Under the pieces are notes generated by a model. The model was not told the origin of the DNA, did no database searches, and worked only from the letters and a program-made list of their open reading frames with translations. 64,000 nt of DNA from Chiloscyllium plagiosum (taxonomy: Eukaryota): contig NC_057758.1 in the NCBI RefSeq assembly GCF_004010195.1, forward strand, positions 1,302,983-1,366,982, in the 5' to 3' direction. The translations under genes were made by a program, and so were the position numbers. Each line of letters opens with the position of its first letter. The stretch's first letter is position 1. Positions 40,339 to 53,100 of the stretch are shown in pieces.

Positions 40339-41200
40339 CTGTCTCGGGCTAAGTGCGGTCTATCCAAATGTGTAACTCTCTATCTGGTGGAGATGGCAGT
40401 AGCGGATCTACTGATCAACATCTTTGATTTGACACTGAGGCACATACCAATTGTTTATGAGAAAGAATTTCAGTTTGTGAAATCCCTCCCTTTGTGCAAC
40501 ATCCATGCTATTCTTGTCCATGCAGCCACGGATTGTTCTGTCTGGTTCACTGTTGCCTTCACCTTTGATCGATTTGTGGCCATCTGTTGCCAGAACCTGA
40601 AACATACATATTGCACTGAGAAAATTGCTTCTGTGGTGTTGGGAACAGTGACGGGACTGAGTTGTTTAAAGAACAGCTTTTGGTATTTTATGTTAACGAG
40701 TCAGTACCGACTTAAAAACCATCCTTGGTTTTGTGAGATACGTACAGGTGTGAGACTATCCCATTTGTGGGGAACTGTTGAAATCACTCATCACCTTCTG
40801 ACGCCGTGTTTGGCAATTGTTTTGACTTTCCTGCTCAATGCTTTTTGTGTCAGACATATCCTCATTGCCAACAGAGCCCGCCAACGATTTCAAACTCTCA
40901 GCAGGGGGAGCAATGTCATGGTCTCAAAAATGGAGAGTCGAAGGAAATCCATCATTTTATTGTTTCTCATCTCGGCCAACTTTGCACTGTCATGGGCAGT
41001 CATTATGTTGTATTCAATATGGAATTGTGTCCGGCAATTTGGGGAAAAGGCGATGTTTCTCCATTATTTTGTACGGGAAATTGGATACATATGCCAGCTC
41101 ACAAGTTATTGTACAAATATCTGTACTTATGCCATCGCATTAACCAAGTTCAAGTCTCAGATGAAGGATGTGTTGAAATATCCAATTACTCTCTCATTAG
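40339..41200 (+). pseudogene. Exon 2 of a GPR139-like rhodopsin-family GPCR; long open frame but no usable acceptor seen (probable pseudogene)
   Basis: 'LSRAKCGLSKCVTLYLVEMAVADLL...SVWFTVAFTFDRFVAICC...RRKSIILLF...CTNICTY': TM2-TM7 with a DRF motif. In-frame TAA at 40336-40338; runs into the gap. Confidence 0.8.
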
Positions 41201-41700
41201 NNNNNNNNNNNNNNNNNNNNNNNNNNNNNNNNNNNNNNNNNNNNNNNNNNNNNNNNNNNNNNNNNNNNNNNNNNNNNNNNNNNNNNNNNNNNNNNNNNNN
41301 NNNNNNNNNNNNNNNNNNNNNNNNNNNNNNNNNNNNNNNNNNNNNNNNNNNNNNNNNNNNNNNNNNNNNNNNNNNNNNNNNNNNNNNNNNNNNNNNNNNN
41401 NNNNNNNNNNNNNNNNNNNNNNNNNNNNNNNNNNNNNNNNNNNNNNNNNNNNNNNNNNNNNNNNNNNNNNNNNNNNNNNNNNNNNNNNNNNNNNNNNNNN
41501 NNNNNNNNNNNNNNNNNNNNNNNNNNNNNNNNNNNNNNNNNNNNNNNNNNNNNNNNNNNNNNNNNNNNNNNNNNNNNNNNNNNNNNNNNNNNNNNNNNNN
41601 NNNNNNNNNNNNNNNNNNNNNNNNNNNNNNNNNNNNNNNNNNNNNNNNNNNNNNNNNNNNNNNNNNNNNNNNNNNNNNNNNNNNNNNNNNNNNNNNNNNN
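41201..41700. other. Assembly gap (500 N)
   Basis: Run of N. Confidence 1.
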
Positions 41701-43734
41701 TTTGTTTAATTTAGTTTAGCGGTGGTTGGTTCAATTAGAAGTGAGATAAATTGCTCTTAATCATGCTGAAGAGGTTCTGGGATTTGAAGATGATACCCAA
41801 ATTTGCCAAGAAAGTTTAGAAAGTAAAGAAAATACCGTACTCTTAGAATTAACAAAGATGTTAGAATTCGGTTTAAACAAGGACAAAAATAAAGCTGACA
41901 TTGTAAAGGAATTAGTCAAACATTTAAGCGTGTCAGAGAAACAGAAAAGTGCTTCAGAGCTAGAAAAACATAATGACACTGAGGAAATGGAGTTAGAAGA
42001 TAAACAAAGAGAGAGAGAGAGAGAGTGGAAAGAGAGAGGGAGAGTGAAATATCGAGAGAGGAAAGAGTGGGAGAGAGGAAATTGAAAGAGAGATTAGGTT
42101 CTTAGCTAAGCACCGAGACAGAGAAAGAGAGAGACAAGAAAGGGATTGTGAAAAAGAGAGAGAATTTGAACATGAGAAGCTGTAACTTAGTCAGCAAAGC
42201 CAAATTAACAGGCTGGAGACAATAAAAGAGAACGCAGTGGTCTCAAGAAATATGTCAAAACTCTGCCATATTTTGAAGAGCAAGATGTCAAAGCATTCTT
42301 ATTGCATTTGAAAAATTAGCTAGGCTGGTGGAGTGGTCCGAGGAGTTGTGGGTAATGCGGGCTCAGACTGAAATGGTCGGCAGAGCGAAGGAGATATTTG
42401 CAGCACTGTGAGATGAGTGGTCAATTGATTATGAAGAGCTCAGGTATATTAAGTGCTTATGAATTGGTACCAGGAGTGAATAGACAGTGGTTTAGTAACA
42501 TAAAGAAGGAGCCAGGTCGAGTTGAGTTCAAAAGAAGTATTTTGATAGATGGCTGCCGGCCTTAAAAATAGGTAAAACCTATGTGGCTCGAAGAGCGAAT
42601 ATTCTGCTGGAGGACTTTAATAACTCACTTCTAGAGATGATAAGAATTCATGTGGATGATCAGAAATTTCCGTTATTGAGAACAGCAGCAGAGTTGGCAG
42701 GTGAATACATGTTGGTATATAAGACAGGCTTCTGGTAAGAATTTCATCCTGTGAGAGATAGAAACTGGGAGAATGAGAGATTGTAAATCACGAAGCAATT
42801 ACTACAGAACACTGGCAATTGTTTAACACAGGTTTAAAAAGAAGGCCAAGAAGGTGGAAACGAGGTCAAATGCCGGCGGTGTTTTCACTGTAATGGAGTG
42901 GGACACAGAAAATTACAGCGCTGATGTTTTAAGAAGGCCACTGTGAAAAGGTGTTTTCACTGCCAGAAAGTGGGACGTAAAAAGTTGCAGGGCTGGTCGT
43001 TAACGGAAAGCACTGTGGGAAAAGGAAAGTGTGGGAACAGAAGCAAAGCCAGCAGCATAAGTGCAAGTATGACAGGAAAAACAAAGAAAAAGTCCACACG
43101 CTGCAGGACAGTGCATAGACTAAGCAAGGACTGGGTATGCAGTTAGTGCCTGATCTCTACAAAGAATTTGCCTCTCAGTGTATAGGCTACTCAGAAAGAA
43201 CAGGGGGATAAGAGCAAGAAGTTTTATTTTTGAGAGATCTCTGGTAGTAAGAAATGAGCGAATTTTCACTCTTTCTGACCTGTTACCCGCGAGTCTGGTA
43301 ATTTGTGCGATAGATGGATAGAAGTTTAGCGTTCCTCTACGTAAAATCAGGTTGGAGTGCCAACTCAAGACTGGGAAAGTAACAGTGGGAGTGATTGAGA
43401 GTGTCATTTTCAGTCTAGTGTTTTTTTTCCTGGTAATGATGTCGCAGGATCCAAAGTGGGAGCGACAACACTTGTTGTGGAAGAGCCCAAGGAAGACCAG
43501 GAAACTGATGAGTGAAAAGAAAAATATCCTGGTACTTTCCTAGACGGAGTAATGACACGTCCCCACACAAAAGTCACAGCACGAAGCAAAAACTAAAGAG
43601 AATTTTGAAGGAGTTGAGGTTCAGCTAGCGGTCACCATGTTTGACATATTGGTCCAGAAAATAAACCTGAGCAGGCAGAGAGTCAGACACAAGTGTTTAG
43701 TCCTGAACGCCTAATGGACTTTAATAAAAAACAG

Positions 43735-43962
43735 GAGAAAGTGAGGACTGCAGATGCTGGAGATCAGAGCTGAAAATGTGTTGCTGGAAAAGCACAGCAG
43801 GCCAGGCAGCATCCAGGGAACAGGAGAATCGACGTTTCGGGCATGAGCCCTTCTTCAGGAATCTTCAGGTTTCCTGAAGAAGGGCTCATGCCCGAAACGT
43901 CGATTCTCCTGTTCCTTGGATGCTGCCTGGCCTGCTGTGCTTTTCCAGCAACACATTTTCAG
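43735..43962 (-). mobile_element. PLE-derived fold-back mini-element with two opposed hammerhead cores
   Basis: Inverted arms around ~43861-43869; flanked by an imperfect TTTAATAAAA(A/G)ACA-type repeat; counterpart at 53314-53529. Confidence 0.85.
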
Positions 43963-44631
43963 TTTTAATAAAAGACAATAAAAGACGTGTACATGTTGAT
44001 ACGTACTACGAAATGGAAGCAGAGACTATTTCTGAGAGTTATTATCTGACAGATAGAAGCTGAAGACCAAAATGGAGACCACAGCAAGTTAGTGCAGAGG
44101 AGAAACCCGGCCGAAGCGCACCGGGTTGTGTGCCCCCGGTAGGATACAGACAGGAAGGGCTATGGGTAGCACGCCAACTACCTTTAGGAGGTCACATGGT
44201 TGCCTGGAAAATTAAGGTTGAGGTACAAAAGCATCTCTATTGGCCTGAAATGCAGAAGGATGTGGTTACCTTTTGCTGTACGTGTCATATTTGCCAAATA
44301 TAAGTTGAGCCACCGGCAATAATAAAACCAGCACTTTAGCTGCCAATTCCCACATTTGAAGAAGCTTTCACGTGGGTTACAATTGATTGTGTGGGTCCCC
44401 TCCCAAGATCTAAAAGTGGGAACCAATCCTTGTTCACAGATCCGTCTGACAGATCTTCAGGGACAAAATTAAAACAGAAAAGGGTGGTCGAGGAGTTAGT
44501 AGCTTTCTTCACACGGCATGGGTTAGCTGGAGAGATTCAGTCAGACCACAATTCTAATTGTACTGCTCGGCTATTGAAGGACATCATGGATTATTTACAT
44601 GTGGAGCATTTTAAGTCAAGTACGAATCATT

Positions 44632-44791
44632 ACATTAGATTAGATTACTTACAGTGTGGAAACAGGCCCTTCGGCCCAACAAGTCCACACCGACCCGCCG
44701 AAGCGAAACCCACCCATACCCCTACATTTACCCCTTACCTAACACTACGGGCAATTTAGCATGGCCAATTCACCTGACCCTGCACATCTTT
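44632..44791 (-). mobile_element. HE1-like SINE 3' half (runs into gap)
   Basis: ATTAG tail repeats and a body matching the other copies. Confidence 0.9.
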
Positions 44792-45324
44792 NNNNNNNNN
44801 NNNNNNNNNNNNNNNNNNNNNNNNNNNNNNNNNNNNNNNNNNNNNNNNNNNNNNNNNNNNNNNNNNNNNNNNNNNNNNNNNNNNNNNNNNNNNNNNNNNN
44901 NNNNNNNNNNNNNNNNNNNNNNNNNNNNNNNNNNNNNNNNNNNNNNNNNNNNNNNNNNNNNNNNNNNNNNNNNNNNNNNNNNNNNNNNNNNNNNNNNNNN
45001 NNNNNNNNNNNNNNNNNNNNNNNNNNNNNNNNNNNNNNNNNNNNNNNNNNNNNNNNNNNNNNNNNNNNNNNNNNNNNNNNNNNNNNNNNNNNNNNNNNNN
45101 NNNNNNNNNNNNNNNNNNNNNNNNNNNNNNNNNNNNNNNNNNNNNNNNNNNNNNNNNNNNNNNNNNNNNNNNNNNNNNNNNNNNNNNNNNNNNNNNNNNN
45201 NNNNNNNNNNNNNNNNNNNNNNNNNNNNNNNNNNNNNNNNNNNNNNNNNNNNNNNNNNNNNNNNNNNNNNNNNNNNNNNNNNNNNNNNNNNNNNNNNNNN
45301 NNNNNNNNNNNNNNNNNNNNNNNN
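44792..45324. other. Assembly gap (533 N)
   Basis: Run of N. Confidence 1.
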
Positions 45325-46917
45325 AGTGCTGGGTTGGCAGGCTCTGATTTGGCCAGAATCAGGAAAACCTCTTGGCAATCAAAAGAAAACAACCATCTTA
45401 CAGAGTTTACATACAGTTTATATACATTAATCATCATCAGACAAGAGCATGATCGCACAGTTATAAACAATCAATAAATATAGATACTTCATGGATAGTA
45501 GCTTGTACCAATGATATTGATTAATTGTAATAGCTTATGTCACCTTTTCACAGTTTGCAACATGTGGTTTAGTATTTCCTCTGCATAGACTCGCAGCTTG
45601 CAAAGTGTGGTTAGTTATTTATATAGCTTTAGAGACTAGTTGCAGGTGGTCAGGTAGGCACAGGGAACCAAGTTGTCACGTAGGAGCTGGGAACCATTTT
45701 GTCTCAAACTGCAATTTAGAATTAACCATTATTTCTGGGGTTTGTTTTTATTGGAATTGCAGCAGTCTGCGGTTTCTTGTTTCTGTCTGGTTCAGAGCAA
45801 TTTAATTTAGCAATGCAGAAGCTTTGTTTTTGTGCACTTTGAAGAAGCCATTTTGTGGTGCTCCTATATCCATTTTGTCCTCCCCTCCCGGGAGACCCAT
45901 ATCCTCAGTTACTGCCCCACAAAGTAAAGAACCAAATTCAGATGTTGTGGAATTTGATGTGTTTCAAAATATATCAAACAATCAGAAAGTCCTTGAGGAG
46001 TGGGAGAGGTTGAGAAACTACCTGTCTCAAAGGCAAAGAACACAGTTGAAATTACAGCTGTATGAGGACATAGACAGGAACACCATGGAAAGGACTAAAG
46101 CTGTTGTGCATGACGTCGACGTAGGGTGTGCTATCCTGGTAATAAAAAACAAAACTCACAGAAGATTAATCCTTTCAAAAGCCAGACAGGTCGATGGAAG
46201 ATGATGCTCAAAGAAGGTTTCATTGAACCAAAGCGAGTGGAGTTCGCTGATTGGGTTCGTTAGTAATCAACGATTTTGTGTGGACTATCAGCAAGTCAAC
46301 ACCGCAGCAAAATCAGGCTCCGACCCAATAGCAAGGTTGGAGGACCGTGTGGAGAAAGTTGGTCAAGCCAGTTAAATCACGAAGTTAGATTTACTGCGTG
46401 AATATTGGCAGGTGCAAGCGAAATAAATCCCTGCATTTGTAACCCAAATGGGCCATAGCAATCCAAACGTATGCCTTTGGAATGCAGAACGAACCCGCGA
46501 CATTCCGACGACCCATGAGCAGAGTTGTGGCTGACTGAACAAAACCGTGCAGTCGATCTGGATGAAGTTTCCATCTTTACTGAGGTTTGGAAAGATCGCA
46601 TGGTACAGTTGGCAGAGTTCTTCGAACGATTAAGGGAAGCAAAACTGGTAATCAACTTAATCAAAACTGCATTTGCAAAAGCAGAGGTGACGTTTTTGGG
46701 GATGTAACAACGATCACGTAAGGTTGACACCAAGCAACGCAAAACCGAAACTGACCACAGAATTTCCACAGTCGACCTCGAAGAAACTGGTGGGCTTTTT
46801 GGGACACAGACGATTCTACCAGAAGTTTGTTCCAAACTTCAGGAGTGCAGTGGCACCCGTTAACAAATCTGCTGAAGAAGAACACACAATTTAGGTGGAC
46901 AGACCAATGCAATGAGG

Positions 46918-47030
46918 TAAAAACAATGACTGCAGATGCTGGAAACCAGATTCTGGGTTAGTGGTGCTGGAAGAGCACAGCAATTCAGGCAGCATCCAAG
47001 GAGCTTCGAAATCAACGTTTCGGGCAAAAG
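46918..47030 (-). mobile_element. PLE-derived mini-insertion (second subfamily), truncated in the hammerhead stem II
   Basis: 13-bp TSD CAATGCAATGAGG on both sides. Confidence 0.8.
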
Positions 47031-47499
47031 CAATGCAATGAGGCATTTGACAATTTCAAAGCTTTAGTTACACCAAACTTTTTAAAACCCTTCAAAGTTA
47101 CAATTGATGCTTGTGATGTAGGAGTTGGAGTGATCCTGTTCGAGGAATATAATGATGGAATTGAAGTGCCAGTTGGTTGCTTTTCAAAGAAACTCAACAC
47201 CCACAAGAGAAAATACTCTCTGATCGAAAAAGAATTAGAGTTTGGTACTGACTTAAAACATTTTAATGTTTATGTCACGAGCAATGTATCATAGACGGTT
47301 GTGTACACGGTTCACAATTCTCTTACATTATTGGAACGATTAAAGGCAATAATATGAGATTATTTCATTCGGGTCTTATGTTACAGACTTCGAATTTGCA
47401 TATCGTATAAGTTGCGGATCAGAAGAATGTGATAGCAGACGCAATCTCACCGATTTAATGGATATAGCAGAGATAAGATTGAATCGACACAAATGCTTT

Positions 47500-47567
47500 A
47501 TGTGTCTGTGTAAGTGTGTGTGTGTGAGTGTGTGTGTGCATGTGTGTGTGTGTGTGTGTATGTGTGC
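47500..47567. repeat. (TG)n microsatellite (mirror copy at ~50212-50278)
   Basis: Seen directly. Confidence 0.9.
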
Positions 47568-47624
47568 AGAATTTAATAAGATCCTCAATATGTCCTGAAA
47601 AATTGCAAGTATGTTACATTTAGC

Positions 47625-48722
47625 TGTGATACAAAACTGAGCTTGGATACTATGTTTTCACAGCAGTTCGAATTTAACCAATCAGTTTAAACTATACTCC
47701 CGATACTAAAAACCAATCGAATTTGAATTTTGCAGATTTAACAACACCACACCAACGTGACGATCCAATGTTTTGGCTACGAAATGCAGGCCTTTTGGAC
47801 AGATCGCCAGAGAAAGAGCACCACCTGCTATTATCATGCAGACAGCCCACAATCTTTCTCTCTAAAAGGCAGCTTTTCTTTTTATCTGAAATATCTGTGC
47901 TGCAGAAATCTGAAGGCGACCCATGGATATCTCTAGAGGCAGATCAACAACGTTGACTGGCTTTGAAACTTGATTGGCTGTAAATGTAATACGGGCTTCA
48001 TCGAATGCAGGTCCTTGGCCTCCTCCATCGCCAGACCATGGCAACACGACGCCTGGAGGAAGAGCGCCTCATCTACCGCCTAGGAACCCTCCAACCACAA
48101 AGGATGAATGCAGATTTCTCCAGCTTCCTCATTTCCCCTCCCCCCACCTTATCTCAGTCCCAACTCTCGGACTCAGCACCACCTTCCTGACCCGAAATCT
48201 TCTTCCCGACCTCTCCGCCTCCATCCCCTCTCCGGCCTATCACCCTCACCTTAACCTCCTTCCACCTATCGCATTCCTAGCCCCCTCCCCAAGTCCCTCC
48301 TCCCTTACTTTAATCTTCGCCTGCTTGGCACACCTTCCTCATTCCTGAAGAAGGGCTTATGCCCGAAACGTTGACTCTCCTGCTCCTTGGATGCTGCCTG
48401 ACCTGCTGCACTTTTCCATCAACACATTTTTCAGCTCTGATCTCCAGCATCTGCAGTCCTCATTTTCTCCTCCTTCATCGAATCAGCATATTATTATTGA
48501 GGGGGAGGAAGGTGAATCGTTAAGACAAAGGTGACTTGGAGTTGTAAATAGTTGTTGTTTACTCTTCACTTTTGGAGTTAAAGAATTAAATTGTTATTTT
48601 TTTCTTTAGTCATGAAATTTGGGTATTTCTCCATCACTCATACTTTAACAGATTACGAGGCAAGGCGAGTTTTTCTGTGTGTTTGGTTTAATTAGCAGTA
48701 TTTAATTATCTGGGGCGTGACA
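47625..48722 (+). mobile_element. LTR-like sequence interrupted by a PLE fragment
   Basis: TG...CA termini (TGTGATAC...CGTGACA), lying downstream of the Gypsy RNaseH; no TSD or PPT confirmed. Confidence 0.5.
48007..48472 (+). mobile_element. Penelope-like element 3' end with hammerhead motif (48341-48376)
   Basis: 'QVLGLLHRQTMATRRLEEERLIYRLGTLQPQRMNADF'; CTGAAGA-A-GGGCTTATGCCC-GAAACGTT; 11-bp TSD CTTCATCGAAT at 47996-48006 and 48473-48483. Confidence 0.9.
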
Positions 48723-48777
48723 CTATATTCTGTGTCACAGTGTGACTGAGTGTGTAGAGTTTACATATTCTCTCCAT

Positions 48778-48864
48778 AGCTGAAAATGTGTTGCTGGAAA
48801 AGCGCTTTTCCAGCAACACATTTTCAGCTCTGATCTCCAGCATCTGCAGACCTCACTTTCTCCT
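48778..48864 (+). mobile_element. Minimal PLE-derived fold-back: 52-bp perfect palindrome + 35-nt tail, inserted in a degenerate HE1-like SINE (~48730-49100)
   Basis: AGCTGAAAATGTGTTGCTGGAAAAGC|GCTTTTCCAGCAACACATTTTCAGCT; 14-bp TSD CATATTCTCTCCAT at 48764-48777 and 48865-48878. Confidence 0.9.
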
Positions 48865-50120
48865 CATATTCTCTCCATGCCTGTGTGAGGTTTCTGCTTT
48901 GCTCCCACAGTTCAAAAATGTGCAGGTTTGGTGAAGTCTCCGTGCTAAATTCTCCATACTGCTCAGGGATGTGTATGTTGAGTTCATTATATAGGGGAAA
49001 TGTTCTGGAGGTAAATGCTTCTTGTTGGGATATTTTTCGAAGGATCGGTGTGCTGTTGTTGGGCCAAATGGCCTGTTTCCACTATATAGGGATGCTGTGA
49101 CCTGATCAACTTTAATCAGACCTTGTAAACTTCAGAATGAGTGTAGTCCGAAACTGCTCAATCTTTATACATGTGGAAAAAAAAACCTTCACCTTTGGTA
49201 TCTATCAAATGTTTATTACAAGTTCATTGCACAAACCAACATGGCTTTTAGTGAAAATAAAGTAACAAGGAATACCAGGCTTTCATGAGCCTGAGAATTC
49301 TGCAACAGACCATGTGAATATTCCACAAATGGGTTTCATTTGTAAATGTCTGTCTGGGAGTATCACGTGACTTCTCTGCTTCATTTATCAACGGATTGTT
49401 TTGTGGAAATTGGTGGCAAGCCTCTGAGTGACAAATTGTGTCAGAGATATTTAAACTCAGGTTCGGGGGAAAGGTTTTGCACAAACACAGATGCCATCAC
49501 TGACAACTACCTATCTCTGCCTCCCTTTGCTGCGCTCTGTGTCGCCTCTCTCTCTCTCGCTCTCTCTCTCACACACACGCACAGGCACACACACATATTC
49601 ACACTCACATGAATACATACACAATCTCACGTAATAATTAGCTTGCACACGCGTACACGCTAAAAGTACCACACACTCACACAGAAGTACACACAACGAC
49701 ATGTTCCTTAATGTACACACAATCACATACTATCACACTGACATATGTACACGTACACACACACAATGACATACGAGCATGTAGAGATGCACATTGAGTC
49801 ACACAACAAACACTCACTGAAACACTGGGAATAATGGGTGGGGTGTGTGGGGAGGGATGATCACAGTCTAAGGATATGGTGCAGGACTGAGATGAAACGT
49901 GAACTCGGTTCCCTTCTCTCTCCACAGATGCCGCCAGACCTGCTGAGCTTCTGCAAGTGTGGCCCTGATGCTCTCTACATCAAAGGCCTGAGAGGAACAT
50001 ACACTGGAACTCAGTGTACATATCATTGGAGGCTCTGTGTCAACACCTAGCTGACAATCAAGTGTAGACTGATGAGATAAGACAGGATAGGAACATAGAC
50101 TCCAGAGTTTTCGCTATAGA

Positions 50121-53100
50121 GAACATAGTATCCAAGCTCAGTTTTGTATCACAGCTAAATGTAACATACTTGCAATTTTTCAGGACATATTGAGGATCTT
50201 ATTAAATTCTGCACACATACACACACACACACACACATGCACACACACACTCACACACACACACTTACACAGACACATAAAGCATTTGTGTCGATTCAAT
50301 CTTATCTCTGCTATATCCATTAAATCGGCGAGATTGCGTCTGCTATCACATTCTTCTGATCCGCAACTTATACGATATGCAAATTCGAAGTCTGTAACAT
50401 AAGACCCGAACGAAATAATCTCATATTATTGCCTTTAATCGTTCCAATAATGTAAGAGAATTGTGAACTGTGTACACAACCGTCTATGATACATTGCTCG
50501 TGACATAAACATTAAAATGTTTTAAGTCAGTACCAAACTCTAATTCTTTTTCGATCAGAGAGTATTTTCTCTTGTGGGTGTTGAGTTTCTTTGAAAAGCA
50601 ACAAACTGGCACTTCAATTCCATCATTATATGCCTCGAACAGGATCACCTGTACTGATGCATCTAGTTACTGTCGCCCATTTACTCAGTTCGAAAGCCAC
50701 AAGAGATATTGAACACGTATCATGTGGACTCAGTGGAGGATATGGTGAGACTGACTCAAGTTTTTTTTTCTGAGGGATAAAAGCTGATTGGTTCTTGCAT
50801 CATGTGATATTTGTCAATCCCAGTTCCTCACTTCGTGATTTATTTGCCCACCAGCGTTTACAACTGGATAACAGGAGAATGGAGGAACGTATAGAGAATG
50901 TTTCACAAGGCAGTCACACCATAAAGTTGGACTTACTGCATGGTTATTGGAAGGAAACGTCACCAGAGAAAGCAAAAAGAATTTCTGCATTTGTAACCCC
51001 AAATGAGCGAGATCAATTGAAAGTCCCTGTCATCACTTTGGAATGACACATGAAAAGAGTTTGGGCTGTTTTAACAAAGTGTGCGGTCTGTCTGAATGAT
51101 GCACTGATCTCTCCTGTCTGGCTTTTGAAAGGATTAATCTTCTGTGAGTTTTGTTTTTTATTACCAGGATAGCACACCCTACGTCGACGTCATGCACAAC
51201 AGCTTTAGTCCTTTCCATGGTGTTCCTGTCTATGTCCTCATACAGCTGTAATTTCAACTGTGTTCTTTGCCTTTGAGACAGGTAGTTTCTCAACCTCTCC
51301 CACTCCTCAAGGACTTTCTGATTGTTTGATATATTTTGAAACACATCAAATTCCACAACATCTGAATTTGGTTCTTTACTTTGTGGGGCAGTAACTGAGG
51401 ATATGGGTCTCCCGGGAGGGGAGGACAAAATGGATATAGGAGCACCACAAAATGGCTTCTTCAAAGTGCACAAAAACAAAGCTTCTGCATTGCTAAATTA
51501 AATTGCTCTGAACCAGACAGAAACAAGAAACCGCAGACTGCTGCAATTCCAATAAAAACAAACCCCAGAAATAATGGTTAATTCTAAATTGCAGTTTGAG
51601 ACAAAATGGTTCCCAGCTCCTACGTGACAACTTGGTTCCCTGTGCCTACCTGACCACCTGCAACTAGTCTCTAAAGCTATATAAATAACTAACCACACTT
51701 TGCAAGCTGCGAGTCTATGCAGAGGAAATACTAAACCACATGTTGCAAACTGTGAAAAGGTGACATAAGCTATTACAATTAATCAATATCATTGGTACAA
51801 GCTACTATCCATGAAGTATCTATATTTATTGATTGTTTATAACTGTGCGATCATGCTCTTGTCTGATGATGATTAATGTATATAAACTGTATGTAAACTC
51901 TGTAAGATGGTTGTTTTCTTTTGATTGCCAAGAGGTTTTCCTGATTCTGGCCAAATCAGAGCCTGCCAACCCAGCACTGTAACATACAAGAAACAATTGT
52001 TTGCATTTTGGACAAAGAGTCGTTTACAGATGTGTTAATTGATCGACCGTGGAACCGAGTGACTTATAGAGCACCATGACTAACACCTGTTTCTCGCTTT
52101 TATAATAAGGTTTCAACATATTCACATGACATACCTGATACAGCTTTTTTTCTATCCGGCATCTTTACCAGATAGCTCATCCGACTCAACTCTTTGTCAA
52201 TTGGATAGGGCCCACTATACCTGGTTTTCAAAGTACCTCCTATCACCAGTGACAATACTAACATATCATCCCCACGGGAAAAGTCCGAGTCTCAGAGTTT
52301 TTAATCTGCCACCTGCTTCATTGTATGTTCTGCCCTATTTAGGTGCTATTTAGCTAATTCGCCTACCTGATTTAATCCCTCCCTTACCTCCAATACATAA
52401 TCTATGTGTGCGATCTCCAACTTCAGTCATGTCAATTTCTATTTAATTCATTTCAAAAGGCCTCTCACTTCATGTCCGCACGGTAACTCGAAGGTAGAAA
52501 AATGAGTAGATTTGTTCTGAGCATTTCTAATGTCAAATAATTCGAATGTGATTACCTTTATCCCAGGCACTCGGGTAATCCTGACAGTATGTTTCAATAT
52601 GGTCTTCAGTGTCTGATGCCACCTTTCCAAAGCTACCTGGGATTCGCAATGATTCGTACTTGGCTTAAAATGCTCCGCATGTAAATAATCCATGATGTCC
52701 TTCAATAGCCGAGCAGTACAATTAGAATTTTGGTCTGACTGAATCTCTCCAGCTAACCCATGCCGTGTGAGGAAAGCTACTAACTCCTCGACCACCCTTT
52801 TCTGTTTTAATTTTGTCCCTGAAGATCTGGCAGACGGATCTGTGAACAAGGATTGGTTCCCACTTTTAGATCTTGGGAGGGGACCCACACAATCAATTGT
52901 AACCCACATGAAAGCTTCTTCAAATGTGGGAATTGGCAGCTAAAGTGCTGGTTTTATTATTGCCTGTGGCTCAACTTATATTGGCAAATATGACACGTAC
53001 AGCAAAAGGTAACCACATCCTTCTGCATTTCAGGCCAATAGAGATGCTTTTGTACCTCAACCTTAATTTTCCGGGCAACCATGTGACCTCCTAAAGGTAA

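Larger units (their letters stand above)
41701..47470 (+). mobile_element. Decayed Gmr1-type Gypsy element (gag with capsid/SCAN-like region and two CCHC-like knuckles, PR, INT, RT, RNaseH)
   Basis: 'AYELVP', 'ILLEDF.NSL', 'CFHCNGVGH' and 'CFHCQKVGR'; integrase 'IDCVGPLPRSKSGN...EIQSD' at 44380-44630 lies upstream of RT (46200-46900) and RNaseH 'IDACDVGVGVIL'. Confidence 0.88.
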
